Part shown: in pieces, positions 30,099 to 41,446 of the stretch
Layout: the number at the start of each line of letters is the position of its first letter
Position numbering within the stretch: position 1 is the first letter of the stretch
NCBI GenBank assembly: GCA_964019425.1
Contig: OZ025793.1
Coordinates: 248,001 to 312,000, forward strand
Direction of reading: 5' to 3'
Length of the DNA: 64,000 bases
From: Flectonema sp. DT1601
Lineage: Eukaryota
Made by a program: the position numbers and the translations under genes
Notes under the pieces: generated by a model
Told to the model about the DNA's origin: nothing
Database searches by the model: none
The model's input: the letters and a program-made list of their open reading frames with translations, nothing else

Positions 30099-30378
30099 TT
30101 TTTTTTTTTTTTTTTTATAATAAAAATAAGTTTAACTGTTTGAAAATTAACAATTAGAAACAAATGATATATACGAACATAAATAAACAACTCCAGCATT
30201 TGGTAAAGCCTAAAAGAACTATATCAAATTCGTCGAATACGCAAAAAAAAAAAAAAAAATAATAAATTCAGTTTCGGAAGAGCCTCTGCATAAAAAAGAA
30301 ATGTTGCACAGAAGTGCAGATAATAAACAGATAAAAAAAAAAAAAAAAAAAAAAACGGTGTAAATAAAAAATCACAAC

Positions 30379-30786
30379 CTAAGTAATTTTAGTAGTATTT
30401 CGATCTCGAACGTTAATAGAGATGTGGTTGTTATTGTCATCCCATGCGTGTGGGTCTAAGAGAGTAAGAATAATGAACGTAGCAACCAATAAGGTAAAAA
30501 CAACGATCGACATAATAATTAATTTTCGTTTTGATGATTTAACATTGATTTCTTGGGGGATACTTTCACTGTCGCTGATGTTGTCGTTGAAATTGACAGG
30601 AATACCATCATTGAGTGCTTGGAGTCCACGTTTCAGAAAGTGTTCTCGTACTTCATTGAGTTTATCAAATTCATTCTTGTCAGCATCTTGTAATTCTCCC
30701 AAAGCATTCTTCTTTTCAAGTTCTGACAATCGATATTCAGCATCTCTGGTCCATTCTTCTGTTTTCATTTCTCTTATTTTTATCAT
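30379..30786 (-). CDS. Small single-pass membrane protein with WTR domain
   Basis: EWTRDAEYRLSELE..LQDADKNEFDKL..REHFLKRGLQAL, then KRK and a TM. Confidence 0.85.
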   Translation of the reverse strand: MIKIREMKTEEWTRDAEYRLSELEKKNALGELQDADKNEFDKLNEVREHFLKRGLQALNDGIPVNFNDNISDSESIPQEINVKSSKRKLIIMSIVVFTLLVATFIILTLLDPHAWDDNNNHISINVRDRNTTKIT

Positions 30787-31001
30787 CGTGTTTTGTAAAA
30801 CCTGTTAAGAGGAAATAATTCATAAGAAATGATCATCAGTCTGTTATTTTAAAAACAGATAATAATAACGATGTACATGTTTTACATCACAAACAACAAC
30901 TCGGAATTGACTTCTGCCTATCCCGTCAATACCTTCAAGTTGTTGTGGTTCCATCTTTCCTTGATACTCGACGAGTCACAGAAAACGATTAACTTTTGTG
31001 T

Positions 31002-32090
31002 TTAGATACCCCGCAAAGCTTTTCCAGTAATCGCATTGACCTTTAAATCAATTCCCTTTTGTATCCGAGGTAGACTCGCCCAATCATCTTGCAACAAGGG
31101 TTTGTATTCACCGGCATTGATAAAAACACATCGATACTTTTGATATAACAACGGGGGCAGGTCAGCTGATGAAAATTTCTTAAAAATCCTACGAGCGGAG
31201 GCGGTATCAGCTGTTAATATAAACAAATCAAACAGACTATTCAAAAACAGATGAAGAGCCTTCGTAGTATTGTTATTTGAGAGTAACAGTAATTCTATAC
31301 AGAATGATACTGCTGTTGAGTCGAATGGACAGTTTTTAATAAAACTGTTTAGAACAACCGTTGAGAAGTCGAGTGCAATAGGTTTCTGTAAACCATCAAA
31401 TAATTTTAAAACTTTATCATGAGATCCACAGTTACTGAAGGCAATCATCCTACTTTTCGTTAGTTGCCTTTCCGTTGATTCTAAAAAGAAATTCGCACTT
31501 CCTTCCTTTTCAAGAAAATCATCAACCCTAATAACATCAGATTCGGTCGTGCAATTTCTATATAAAGCTGGACCTATGTCGGGGAACTTACGACCAACAG
31601 GATACAATCTAACCAACGACAAAGCCTCATCGACTGATGACATTGCCGGGATGATCGCAGCAACAAACTGACTCGACATTGTAAACCTTCCTTGAATAGA
31701 ATGAAAAATTTCTCTAGCAGCTGCGTAGTACTCTTCCTTACAAAGAGTGTGAATAACACTGCAGATGGTGTGGGCTGTTGGATCTATGTGTTTTCTATTC
31801 ATTTGGGTGATGATGTTGTTTACAGCGACGACGTCCTTAGCGACGGAGAGCATGGAGTTAAATGTGAATATGTTTTCATCTATCCCTTTAGATTTCATGT
31901 CTCTGTGTAATGACATAACGTTACTAGCTTGTCTCATTCTCGCACACGCTGCCATCGTCGCAGAGTATGATAGCACGCTCACAGATTTATTTCTTTTCAA
32001 GAAATTATTGAAAAATGATTTTGGTTTATTGCTTTTTTTCACTGCCTTTGAGAAGGCGATCTCCAGTGGACACCGCCTATAATATTTCAT
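31002..32090 (-). CDS. Pentatricopeptide repeat protein
   Basis: PPR motifs SVLSYSATMAACAR..DMKSKGIDENIFTFNSML and DPTAHTICSVIHTLCK. The 5' end may be incomplete. Confidence 0.85.
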   Translation of the reverse strand: MKYYRRCPLEIAFSKAVKKSNKPKSFFNNFLKRNKSVSVLSYSATMAACARMRQASNVMSLHRDMKSKGIDENIFTFNSMLSVAKDVVAVNNIITQMNRKHIDPTAHTICSVIHTLCKEEYYAAAREIFHSIQGRFTMSSQFVAAIIPAMSSVDEALSLVRLYPVGRKFPDIGPALYRNCTTESDVIRVDDFLEKEGSANFFLESTERQLTKSRMIAFSNCGSHDKVLKLFDGLQKPIALDFSTVVLNSFIKNCPFDSTAVSFCIELLLLSNNNTTKALHLFLNSLFDLFILTADTASARRIFKKFSSADLPPLLYQKYRCVFINAGEYKPLLQDDWASLPRIQKGIDLKVNAITGKALRGI

Positions 32091-32768
32091 TGTGTCACAT
32101 AACTGGTATTAGGAAGTATTTAATTATTGAAAATAATTAAAACGCTTGACGACGTTCAGCATACAAATCTCAGAATACTTTTAGTGTACGCCTGGTGAAA
32201 ATGAAAAGTGTTTTTCAACATAATGAGATTACCAAACAACAAAAACAAGTTTTTTTTTTTTTTTTTTTTCGCTATACGATTACCATGGGGGGTATGAGTC
32301 GCGTACGGCAATTGTTGGTGTTAGGGAAGCTTAAGTTTTTCGGCCGGAGGGATTGGGTGCCCAGTTTTTCGCAAACAGTTCTCTCAAAAAAAAAAAAATA
32401 GAAAGAAAAAAAGAAAGAAAGAAGTTTTTTTTAAAAAAGAAAAATCGTGTTAAGCTTTGCCCGTCTAGGAACTGCGCTCAAGATGTTTATCTACTTATTT
32501 TACTTTGTGTTTCTTTCTTCATTGAATTCTTCAGCCACAGATATAAAAAAAATTTAAAAAAAAAAAAAAAAAAACAGATAGTTGGCGCAGTTTCAGACCT
32601 TAATCTTATACTAATTGCCCCTTAGGCCTTCATCAGTAAGTTGTGGGAAATTCAATTATTTGTTAACGGTTGCTATGTTCACTACAACCGTAATTCAGCT
32701 CCCACCAAACTTAACATGGAAGGATAATTCATGACAAGGGGAAGACTAGTATTAAGAGATGGCAACAA

Positions 32769-32803
<35 letters not shown>

Positions 32804-33928
32804 AGCAATCTGAAAAGTTAGAAAAGATTGCATGTGGAAAACTCTCCCCAGAGTTCATACTTATGTCTTCCATTGCCTTAAGTGGGTTAGGTAAAGGCTT
32901 CAGGTCGGAACTGGTGTATGTCTTTTGTGTTTCTTCTGTCAGGTTTGTTTTACATCCCACAGTCACACGTATATATTAAAAAAAAAAAGAGAACAAAAAA
33001 AAAAAAAAAAAAAAAAAAAATGGGGATTCCACCACGCATGTCGTTTACAAAACTACTACTCTTGTTAAGAGATTCAATGCGAGTCAACAAAGAACAACCT
33101 GCTCAAAGTCTTCTTATTAATGTGACTCTGATAGCTGTGTTGTAGAAAAAAAAGGAAATTAAAAACGTGTAAGCAAAGGGAACATAAAAAAGGTTAATAC
33201 GGGGGGAAGTAGACAACGTAGAAGTAATAAACGTTAGATTAAGAAGGCTACTAAAGGTTGATAATGAGCAGAGAGGAAACGTACTTCTACACAGCCTGAG
33301 TGTACAAATCAACATTCCCACATTCGATTCAAAAATCAACAAAAAAAAAAGGCCTGCCCCGCAGCAATAGCACGTGCCTGCGCAGAAGCGGGCTAACAAG
33401 CTAACAAAAAAAAAAAAAAAAAATTATAAAAAAAAACCAACAACAACAACAAAAACGTATTGGCAACTACATAACTTCGCGATGAGAATACTAATTTATT
33501 TTATTTCCGCGCACGAATTCATAATCCGATCTGTTAGATAAAAAGGACTACATGTGCTGCCAACACAACAATGTAGGGTAGGTAACAAGTATCAAGAAAG
33601 GGATAATTCCCTAAGAAAGCAAGGAATTGGAAATGGGAAAAAGGAGAACGCTTGAGAACAAGGCCTTTGGGTTAGGGACATAAAAAAGAGAGCTACAAAA
33701 CTTTTATTCACCAGTTGTTATAAACCGTAAGGAGAAAGGACGAGGAAGCTGTCTCGTCCTCAAGTGCTACATATTGGTAAGATAAAAGGATTACTGTTGG
33801 ACATCATCTTCATCATTCCAACGGAAGGTTAACTCTGCCTTCGAGAGTCAGTTGCTGACTGTAGTCTATCAGCAGCATTGGAGGTAACGGATAACTTGAA
33901 TGGTTGGCGTCCTCGAGCTGTCTGTTTA

Positions 33929-36448
33929 TTATTGCATATCTGAAGAAGATTGATAGTAGTCTTCATCGTAATATGAGGATCGAAATGATGCGGTTTCTTC
34001 TTCTTGTTCTTCTTCTTCTTCCTCTTCACCGTCTTCGTCATCTGTGTCACCTGGTGCTGTTGATTTAGTGATCCAGTCTTCTAGTTTCTTATTATCACTT
34101 TTAATCATCTCGAGAAGGTGTTTTGGAACTTCAGGTTCTGGGAGAGCGTCTTCAGTCCAATCGTCACTTGACGGTTTTGGTGTTTTTAAATAAAACAAAC
34201 AAGTACCCTCAGTACTTACTTCATTAAGTACCATCTTCGATGTGTAGTCGACAAAGTCTGGAAGACTTTTAGGAGATGACTGCATTGGTTTATCATCACA
34301 ACGCATCCAACTATCACCATTCTTAACATGAGACCAGTAATGACCATTACCTCTATCAGTGTATGCGACACAAGCACTTAGAGTGTATCGGAGGTGTCCC
34401 CAGTCATTGGCTGTTGATATTTTATCTTTTAGTTCGTTCAGTAGACTGGTCAGTTCAGTTTTTGATTTTTCTAACATTGCGTTGCGAGTTTGTTCTGCGA
34501 ATCTCGATTTTTCAGCAAGTTTTTCCAAAACTGCTTGTAACTCAGAAACGTGAGTCTCACCAAGTTCAACTTGAAGTGATTCCGGAATCGGTACTGGAGC
34601 TACTCTGAGTTGAACTGCTGGGTCATACTCTTCAAGTTCCTTAACAAGACTTTCCGCGACCATAATCCTTCTACGGAGATCTATACATAAAGGGTCAGTG
34701 GAAATTGTATCTAAAAATAACTCTTCCGGAACATCAACTTCTTCCTTTGAGATGTATGACCTACCCAGTCGTTTATCCCATTGTTTTCTTCTGATTACAA
34801 TTACAAGAACTTCTGGTAACGAATCAGGTGATAGAGACTTGAAAGAGTGACCTTCAGTCTCCATTGATCTCATTATCATGATGTTTAAATCTTTTTCAGA
34901 CTTATCAGGATGAACTAGGATCGGATAATCAGGGATACCAGTAGAACTTTCAACTGGGTCCTGATGTTTTAAATGAGTAGTTAAGGTTCTAAAATTAAAC
35001 AGCCTCTGAACTTCACCTTGAAGACTTTCCGACGCTTCCGGGGACGCTGCTATCGCCGACACCAACAACTCTGGTAATAATATTAAAAATTCAGACGCGT
35101 CTGAGGTACCAGCACCAAATCCTGAAGCACCTAATTCCATAGCATACTCTTCAAAAGCTTCTCTGACATGAAGATTAAAAGCATATTTATGACATGATTC
35201 AGCTCCCATAAAAGAGAACAATGCCTGTAATCGATGTACAAATTTCATGGCGTGGTTTTGAGCTTCAGAGGCGTTAGTCATGTATTTGTTACCAGGATCT
35301 TGCCAAACGTGTTTGTATGGAGTGATAGAATAGATTAATGTACGAAAGAGAATCATGTAATTCAGAGGAATGAGAACAGAGTTCAGCCAACAACTTCCGT
35401 CGGTATTTATCAGTACGACAGGATCACAATCTGAACGACGCTTTCTCTTAGCAGGATCAGGATGCCCAAATAGCTCAGTCATTCTCCAAAACGTATCCCC
35501 AGCTGGTTCGGTTGGCACATCCGACTTCGAATGTGGAAAATCACTACTCCCATCCTTCCTGTGCTGCTCTGAAAACATCATTTCTGAGGGGGAGTCGTCT
35601 GCAGATCCTTTTTTGTATATACTGCAAAGTAAATTTGTAGCCAAATTCAATCGAATTAGAGAAGCTTCAGCACCAGGTGGTGTCGTTGATGTTGGAGAAG
35701 AAGGTTGAGTAGAACAAAAGAACTCAAAGTAAGCTGAAGTTAAGCACCACTCCCAGATGTCACGTGCGCGGTTCATGTCCATTTGGGTAACATCTGCGTC
35801 AGAGTCGAGGACTCCACGTAGCTGTTGTAGTTCTTTAAGTACGACAGGTTCGTAGTCAGGCATTCGGGAATCGAGTTTATTTTGTTTCCATGATTTAGTT
35901 TTTTTAAACTTTCCAGTTTCCCAACGTAGTCGTTCCAACTCTTTCTCTAACGACTGCCTCAGAGATAAAACAGCAGCCTTCTTCGATTCAGTCAACTCAT
36001 CAAAGACAACATCATAACCTTCGTATTGAGTATTCCCACCAACAGCTGTTAATAAACGAAGAACACCAAGAAGAGGATTATTATACCAATCAGTTAGGTA
36101 GGGTTCTTCTTTAAAACACATTCCAATTGGTCGGGTTTCAGCTCCTTTTAATAATTGAATCATTCGACCCATCGCATTTCGTAATCCTTTCTCACTGTTG
36201 ACTTGTTTTCTTATTTGTGCTAAGAAGACACTTTCTGGGGGAACCCTTCTAACCTGAGCTAGTACTTGGTCACCAGTGTTTTCGCATAGGAACTCCAACG
36301 GTTGTCTTTTCCGTTGATCGCCCCACATGACAGCATGAAGGACAGAGTTGATATCTGTCCAGGTAAATCTTGTTCCCTTTCTCACTTTAATAACCCATCG
36401 GAAATCAGAAATCTCATCGCTGGCTACGTCGCTGGCTACGTCGCTCAT
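33929..36448 (-). CDS. Ubiquitin-specific protease (peptidase C19)
   Basis: Cys box LINTDGSCWLNSVL, DASEFL, LPEVLVIVIRR and His box GHYWSHV..WMRCDD. There is a coiled-coil insertion and an acidic tail. Confidence 0.9.
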   Translation of the reverse strand: MSDVASDVASDEISDFRWVIKVRKGTRFTWTDINSVLHAVMWGDQRKRQPLEFLCENTGDQVLAQVRRVPPESVFLAQIRKQVNSEKGLRNAMGRMIQLLKGAETRPIGMCFKEEPYLTDWYNNPLLGVLRLLTAVGGNTQYEGYDVVFDELTESKKAAVLSLRQSLEKELERLRWETGKFKKTKSWKQNKLDSRMPDYEPVVLKELQQLRGVLDSDADVTQMDMNRARDIWEWCLTSAYFEFFCSTQPSSPTSTTPPGAEASLIRLNLATNLLCSIYKKGSADDSPSEMMFSEQHRKDGSSDFPHSKSDVPTEPAGDTFWRMTELFGHPDPAKRKRRSDCDPVVLINTDGSCWLNSVLIPLNYMILFRTLIYSITPYKHVWQDPGNKYMTNASEAQNHAMKFVHRLQALFSFMGAESCHKYAFNLHVREAFEEYAMELGASGFGAGTSDASEFLILLPELLVSAIAASPEASESLQGEVQRLFNFRTLTTHLKHQDPVESSTGIPDYPILVHPDKSEKDLNIMIMRSMETEGHSFKSLSPDSLPEVLVIVIRRKQWDKRLGRSYISKEEVDVPEELFLDTISTDPLCIDLRRRIMVAESLVKELEEYDPAVQLRVAPVPIPESLQVELGETHVSELQAVLEKLAEKSRFAEQTRNAMLEKSKTELTSLLNELKDKISTANDWGHLRYTLSACVAYTDRGNGHYWSHVKNGDSWMRCDDKPMQSSPKSLPDFVDYTSKMVLNEVSTEGTCLFYLKTPKPSSDDWTEDALPEPEVPKHLLEMIKSDNKKLEDWITKSTAPGDTDDEDGEEEEEEEQEEETASFRSSYYDEDYYQSSSDMQ

Positions 36449-36855
36449 TGTAATTTGTCGGCGGAAGCTGGCTGCTTAAAATAAATAATAAAAAAACACA
36501 AATAACTAATCACTTCATCTACGACAACAAACAATCAACAACTGTAACGACGATGATGATGTTGCTGTCAACAAGAACACATAAAACTCGTATCCTTCAC
36601 TTAAAAAAGTACCATTTTAGTAAATCTTCGGTTAGTGTAGAGCAGGTCACCCCTGCATATATGGGGGGCTTTTTTTTTTTCCCCCCCCAACATTGCCTTA
36701 CTATCTGATTGTATCTCTTGGTTGTAATTTTTTTCGCTTTGTTTCTATTTTTTTTTTTTTTTTTTGATGAAACACAAAAAAACATAAAAAATGAAGTAAC
36801 CTTTCGCTAAACGTCAATATATTTTGCAGTTTACTAAATCTACAAGAATAAACTC

Positions 36856-36889
<34 letters not shown>

Positions 36890-36997
36890 GAGGTGCAAAG
36901 TACCACTCGCAGACTATCACGGACTAACAATGGAACAAAATAACTTAAATTGAAAGAATACGAAATCTAACAATTGGTAAGGAAAAAAGTTAGGTTT

Positions 36998-39900
36998 TCA
37001 TGATTGCACAGGAACTGGACTGGTGTTACGCTCACTCAGAAGTACTGATTGCCTTCGTATCATTTGATCTGTTTTATGAATCGTAAAGTATAATTTAACA
37101 TCATCTCCAGGAGGACATTTCCAAGACAGTTTTAAGATCAGATCAGAGTATTGCTGCCAAGTGTATTTACTTCCACTTGATTTTAAGTTTTTAAGAGCGT
37201 CACAGGCTGCTTCATCACCAGCTTCAGAAATCGGGACATGTCTGGAGTAGACTGAAGGCGTTCCAACTAATGGTACAGAGAATGCAAACAAAACTGCCAC
37301 CTTATCTTCAATGGCATAACAAAGAACTCCGGTTACTGATTTTCCAAGACTGCTGCTACACAAACAGATACCTGCTTCTTGACTCTTTACTTCTGGAGTA
37401 GGTGTGGCAGTCCATGTACCTGAAGTCATATACGACCAACAGTAAACTATTTCAAAAGGAGTCTTGTTACGAATAGCAATACCTGCCTGTCTGGTATGAG
37501 CAATGAGAGATTTTTTATTCGACAACAACTTCAAGAATGCGATGTTAGTCTGCGATACTGGAACAACAACACCTGCACCAACACATAAAGAGTTTATTGG
37601 AGATGAGATTTCTTCTATTGCCGGTTCACTTCCATCTCGTTGTCTGATGGTAACAACGAGCTTATTATCGAGGCGTTCATATCTGATCATCATCGTGTCA
37701 TAAAAACTTTTACCAGCAGAAATACCCATCTTCTTTGAGTTGGCAAAGTCTTCTAAAATAGGAAGATCTGAACCTTTCGGTAATATGTCAGCTGTGATTA
37801 ACATCTCTCCATAAGTTGGTATTCTAAAGACGATAAGTAACTCAAACTGTTCTGATGTGTAGTGACTGAGACCAAATACTGCTGAACTTATCTTACTCTG
37901 AGATGATGCCATGCAGATCTCTGCGTGTCCTGAAAAGATCGGTTCACTTGTCGGAGTTACTTCCCAATCACCTCCATCAAATGTTGACGACACAAATTGA
38001 AATGTTTGAGAAGACTTATTTCGAATACAAACAGCAATCGTACTACCCGACAGTGATGATTCCGCAACGACGTCTAACTCTTCATCAGCATCAGCTAACA
38101 GTCTAATCTTTCCTGGGATACTATTAGACTTACAGTAAGTCTGAGCAGTTGGCCATGAACCAACACATTGAAGTACTTCAGGTAGTCTTCTTATATAGTC
38201 AGCTGACACCTTAACAAGGTGATTAACATTTACGTTTTCTATTCCTTGGTGGTGAACTTTGGTCAGACCTGCGACACTTAACAAAGAAGCGGTGCAGCCT
38301 CGATGAAGGAACGCAAGGAACCAATCATGTCCTGAGTAGACATTAACCAACCGACCGGCAACTACTTCACGACAAGCCTTCCAGCGACTTGAATCGCAAG
38401 GGATCGTAGCCCCGATAAGAATCGCTGATTCTACGATACCGAAACCGTTTTCATTCGCTGCTTTAGACAGCGCTACTAAGGCGTGGAAAATCACATTTGC
38501 CCCGAGGGATACGCCAACCAGTGTTACAGGTCGTGATCCTTGAGCCTTTGATAACAACATTTGAGCCAATAGTTCACCTGCTTCTTTAGCTTTCTTAACT
38601 AAAATACCATACGTAGAATCAATTAAATCAGCTGCTTGAATAGCGTAGTATGGCCATGCGAGCGAAGCCCACATCGCAGCTGCAGCGAAGTACGTTGCTC
38701 CAGCGAGGCCGGTAGCGCCAGCGACAAGAGGGTTTTTTAGGGCTTCAGTAGCACCTCTGTTGGCAGCGGATCGCATCATAGTTCCGTAATCAGTTGGTTC
38801 AGTCATGAAGTCACCAAATGTTGCTTGGAGTTGTGACTCCCAAGTTATGAAGTGAGGATCACTACCAGGAGCTAATTCCGATAGGATAGGAGAGTTGTAA
38901 TCTAAAATATGTTTCCACAATACTTCTTGTAATGAATTACATTCAACTCTTGGATCATCGTGTACAGTCATACCTGAGATTCCAATAATTACATGAAGAC
39001 CTGGTCTAGTATCTTGTTGAGTTGTTGCACCACTAAAGCAATACGATGCGTGATGATCTTCGACTCTCCATCCGTCAACACTTTCAAGTTCACCTTCGGA
39101 ATTATATTTCATTTGTTCTTTTGATATTCCCTTACTGCTAGCTTTGCTAACAAGTTGGGATAAGAATGATTCTGTCAGAATCTTTTTATCTTTAGTAACG
39201 TCGACAACCTCCGCATACGTTTTAAGAACCCCCGACAATGAATACGACAGAGACACTAAAAGATAAAACGTCTGAACAACAGGACCCTCAACAGTTGTTT
39301 GAGTGTCCGTAAATGAATATACTAAGGCACCAGACACACCTGTTGGACGCATCCATTTGTTATGAAATCCGAATATTCCATGAAAACCACATTCAATAAT
39401 CGCAGGAAGGGATTTATCTTTCATTGGAATCCCATAATTTGAATAATGTTTAACAAATCTAAGTGAGGATGATGATTTATTTTGAATTGTTATAACACAT
39501 TTTGATCTGAACGAAGACATCAGTTCTTCTAACTGTTGTACCTGTGCTTCTAATTGACACGATAAGAAAGTAGCCTCCTGCTGTGTTACATCTCTTGGGT
39601 CAATTGTGTAGACAGCTTCTTCCTTTCCAGAAGCTGACAGAGTAACTGTTTTTTTGTTAATAAGAAATTGGCTCCATTCCAGTCTCTGTGACAGAGTACT
39701 CTGAGTGGATGCTGAGAGATCTGTGAAAGCTCCTCTCCCACCGCGGAGACAGCGATGTTTAAACGGACCAACCATCGGACATTCAAAAGCAAAACAAAAC
39801 TCATGTTCACCTGATGCAGTTCTGTAAACAACACAGCCATTGACTCTCATTCCAAATCTTGTTGTTTGACAACAACAGATAGCTGCAGATCCTGATTTGA

Positions 39901-41194
39901 TAAGTCGAGGAGGAGTATAAACCCATTCCCCATGATCTAAACTAGTCGCCACAAGTAAGAGTTCTCCAATATCAGTGTCGGTGTCAAAATTTTCAATCGC
40001 AATAGCAATCTGTCTTCCGTTGTTCTGTTTGCGGAGTATATTTTGACAGGTCACTTGACGAGCTGACAATGGAACAGTTGGACCAACACCTCTCTCAGTT
40101 GCTAAAGTAGTACAAGGATCTGATAATAAATATGAAGGAATAGAAATATCTCTTATCGATCTACAGACAAACGAATCCACTCCAGCTGTTCTCTTGTAGA
40201 CTTTAAATCCCGTGAGACCAGCTCCAGCAGCACCAAAGAGTGCAGTAATAACAGGGACAGTCATTACAACACCTAATGATGTTGCTGTAGAAACAATCGC
40301 TGTACTGACTGCAGTCAGACCAGCAGCTGCTGCAATCCCTGCTGTTGTCGAGGCTAAACTTGTTGCTGCAGCTGCAACAAGAGGGGCAGCTAGACCACCT
40401 GTTACTAGTAGTACGCCTGCTCCAACAGTTACTCCTGCACCAACTTTTAGCCATCGATACGATGAACCTTTTCCTTTTGTCGCATGTTTTGGACTATTCA
40501 TCGCCTTATTCAGTAGAGCTGAGGCCAGTAGCATTTCTGCTGCTGCTACTCGTTCCCACGGGACTTTTAGTATCTGAGCTAATCTTTTAAGACCCCAACG
40601 GAGTCTGGCATCGTACGTTCCATCCTTCAACACGCTGGCGGCAATGGCAACGATGGTCCCGAGTCTGGCTTCCGGTCGAAGCATTTTAGCAGCTGTTGCT
40701 ATTTGTTCGAATCCAAGTTCTTGTTCTTCAGCATCGTTACATAATTGAACTAAACTAGTCATTATATTATCTGGTAGTTGTAAAGATTCCAATACAGTTC
40801 CTAATATTTCTGGTGATCTCTTCTTCGTTGATATGAAGACGTGAATAGCGAGGATTCCAATAAAATATTTTTCTTCGCTCTGCATCTGACAAAAGGAAAC
40901 GTCGATATCATCTCCCGTCTGCGGAGGTAATTCGTATTGAGTGTCACGAAGTAGATCCTGAGAGTGTAATTTCTTTGGTAACTTAATACTGTCAGAATCA
41001 ACAGAGCTACGATCATCTCCTCCATCCAGTACATTAGAACTATTACGAGGTCTACTACTCCAGGTAGCGTCGTCTTCTTCTAACAAGTCAGCCAGTTCTT
41101 CAACAAACTCTGCTCTCATGGTCGCTAATACCATGTCCCTCCCACCAACTATCTGCACTCTCGCAGCTTCTTCTGCAGCAATGAGGACATCCAT
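36998..41194 (-). CDS. TMCO4/DUF726 alpha/beta-hydrolase-like membrane protein with four aegerolysin-like repeats
   Basis: Motifs YDARLR, VTGGLAAPLV, LFGAAGAGLTGFKV, RPVTLVGVSLGA and VVAGRLVNVYS..DWFL. The likely start is MDVLIA at 41194. Confidence 0.88.
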   Translation of the reverse strand: MDVLIAAEEAARVQIVGGRDMVLATMRAEFVEELADLLEEDDATWSSRPRNSSNVLDGGDDRSSVDSDSIKLPKKLHSQDLLRDTQYELPPQTGDDIDVSFCQMQSEEKYFIGILAIHVFISTKKRSPEILGTVLESLQLPDNIMTSLVQLCNDAEEQELGFEQIATAAKMLRPEARLGTIVAIAASVLKDGTYDARLRWGLKRLAQILKVPWERVAAAEMLLASALLNKAMNSPKHATKGKGSSYRWLKVGAGVTVGAGVLLVTGGLAAPLVAAAATSLASTTAGIAAAAGLTAVSTAIVSTATSLGVVMTVPVITALFGAAGAGLTGFKVYKRTAGVDSFVCRSIRDISIPSYLLSDPCTTLATERGVGPTVPLSARQVTCQNILRKQNNGRQIAIAIENFDTDTDIGELLLVATSLDHGEWVYTPPRLIKSGSAAICCCQTTRFGMRVNGCVVYRTASGEHEFCFAFECPMVGPFKHRCLRGGRGAFTDLSASTQSTLSQRLEWSQFLINKKTVTLSASGKEEAVYTIDPRDVTQQEATFLSCQLEAQVQQLEELMSSFRSKCVITIQNKSSSSLRFVKHYSNYGIPMKDKSLPAIIECGFHGIFGFHNKWMRPTGVSGALVYSFTDTQTTVEGPVVQTFYLLVSLSYSLSGVLKTYAEVVDVTKDKKILTESFLSQLVSKASSKGISKEQMKYNSEGELESVDGWRVEDHHASYCFSGATTQQDTRPGLHVIIGISGMTVHDDPRVECNSLQEVLWKHILDYNSPILSELAPGSDPHFITWESQLQATFGDFMTEPTDYGTMMRSAANRGATEALKNPLVAGATGLAGATYFAAAAMWASLAWPYYAIQAADLIDSTYGILVKKAKEAGELLAQMLLSKAQGSRPVTLVGVSLGANVIFHALVALSKAANENGFGIVESAILIGATIPCDSSRWKACREVVAGRLVNVYSGHDWFLAFLHRGCTASLLSVAGLTKVHHQGIENVNVNHLVKVSADYIRRLPEVLQCVGSWPTAQTYCKSNSIPGKIRLLADADEELDVVAESSLSGSTIAVCIRNKSSQTFQFVSSTFDGGDWEVTPTSEPIFSGHAEICMASSQSKISSAVFGLSHYTSEQFELLIVFRIPTYGEMLITADILPKGSDLPILEDFANSKKMGISAGKSFYDTMMIRYERLDNKLVVTIRQRDGSEPAIEEISSPINSLCVGAGVVVPVSQTNIAFLKLLSNKKSLIAHTRQAGIAIRNKTPFEIVYCWSYMTSGTWTATPTPEVKSQEAGICLCSSSLGKSVTGVLCYAIEDKVAVLFAFSVPLVGTPSVYSRHVPISEAGDEAACDALKNLKSSGSKYTWQQYSDLILKLSWKCPPGDDVKLYFTIHKTDQMIRRQSVLLSERNTSPVPVQS

Positions 41195-41446
41195 TGCTGA
41201 CTGAAAGATAAAAATATTTTTAATATTATAAAACAGAACACTGTTAAACCCAACAAGGTAAAGTTCACAACATAATGATACTGTAGGTATGGGTGGGTAA
41301 GAGTGATAAAGTTCTGTAATTACAACCAATCAAACAACAGCAACTAACAATCTGATTGATGACCGTAAATGGTTTCACGTAATGGAAGGGGGAGGAGGAG
41401 GAGGAAACACACTACAAACAATGAGTGCAAACTAATGTGATTTAAC

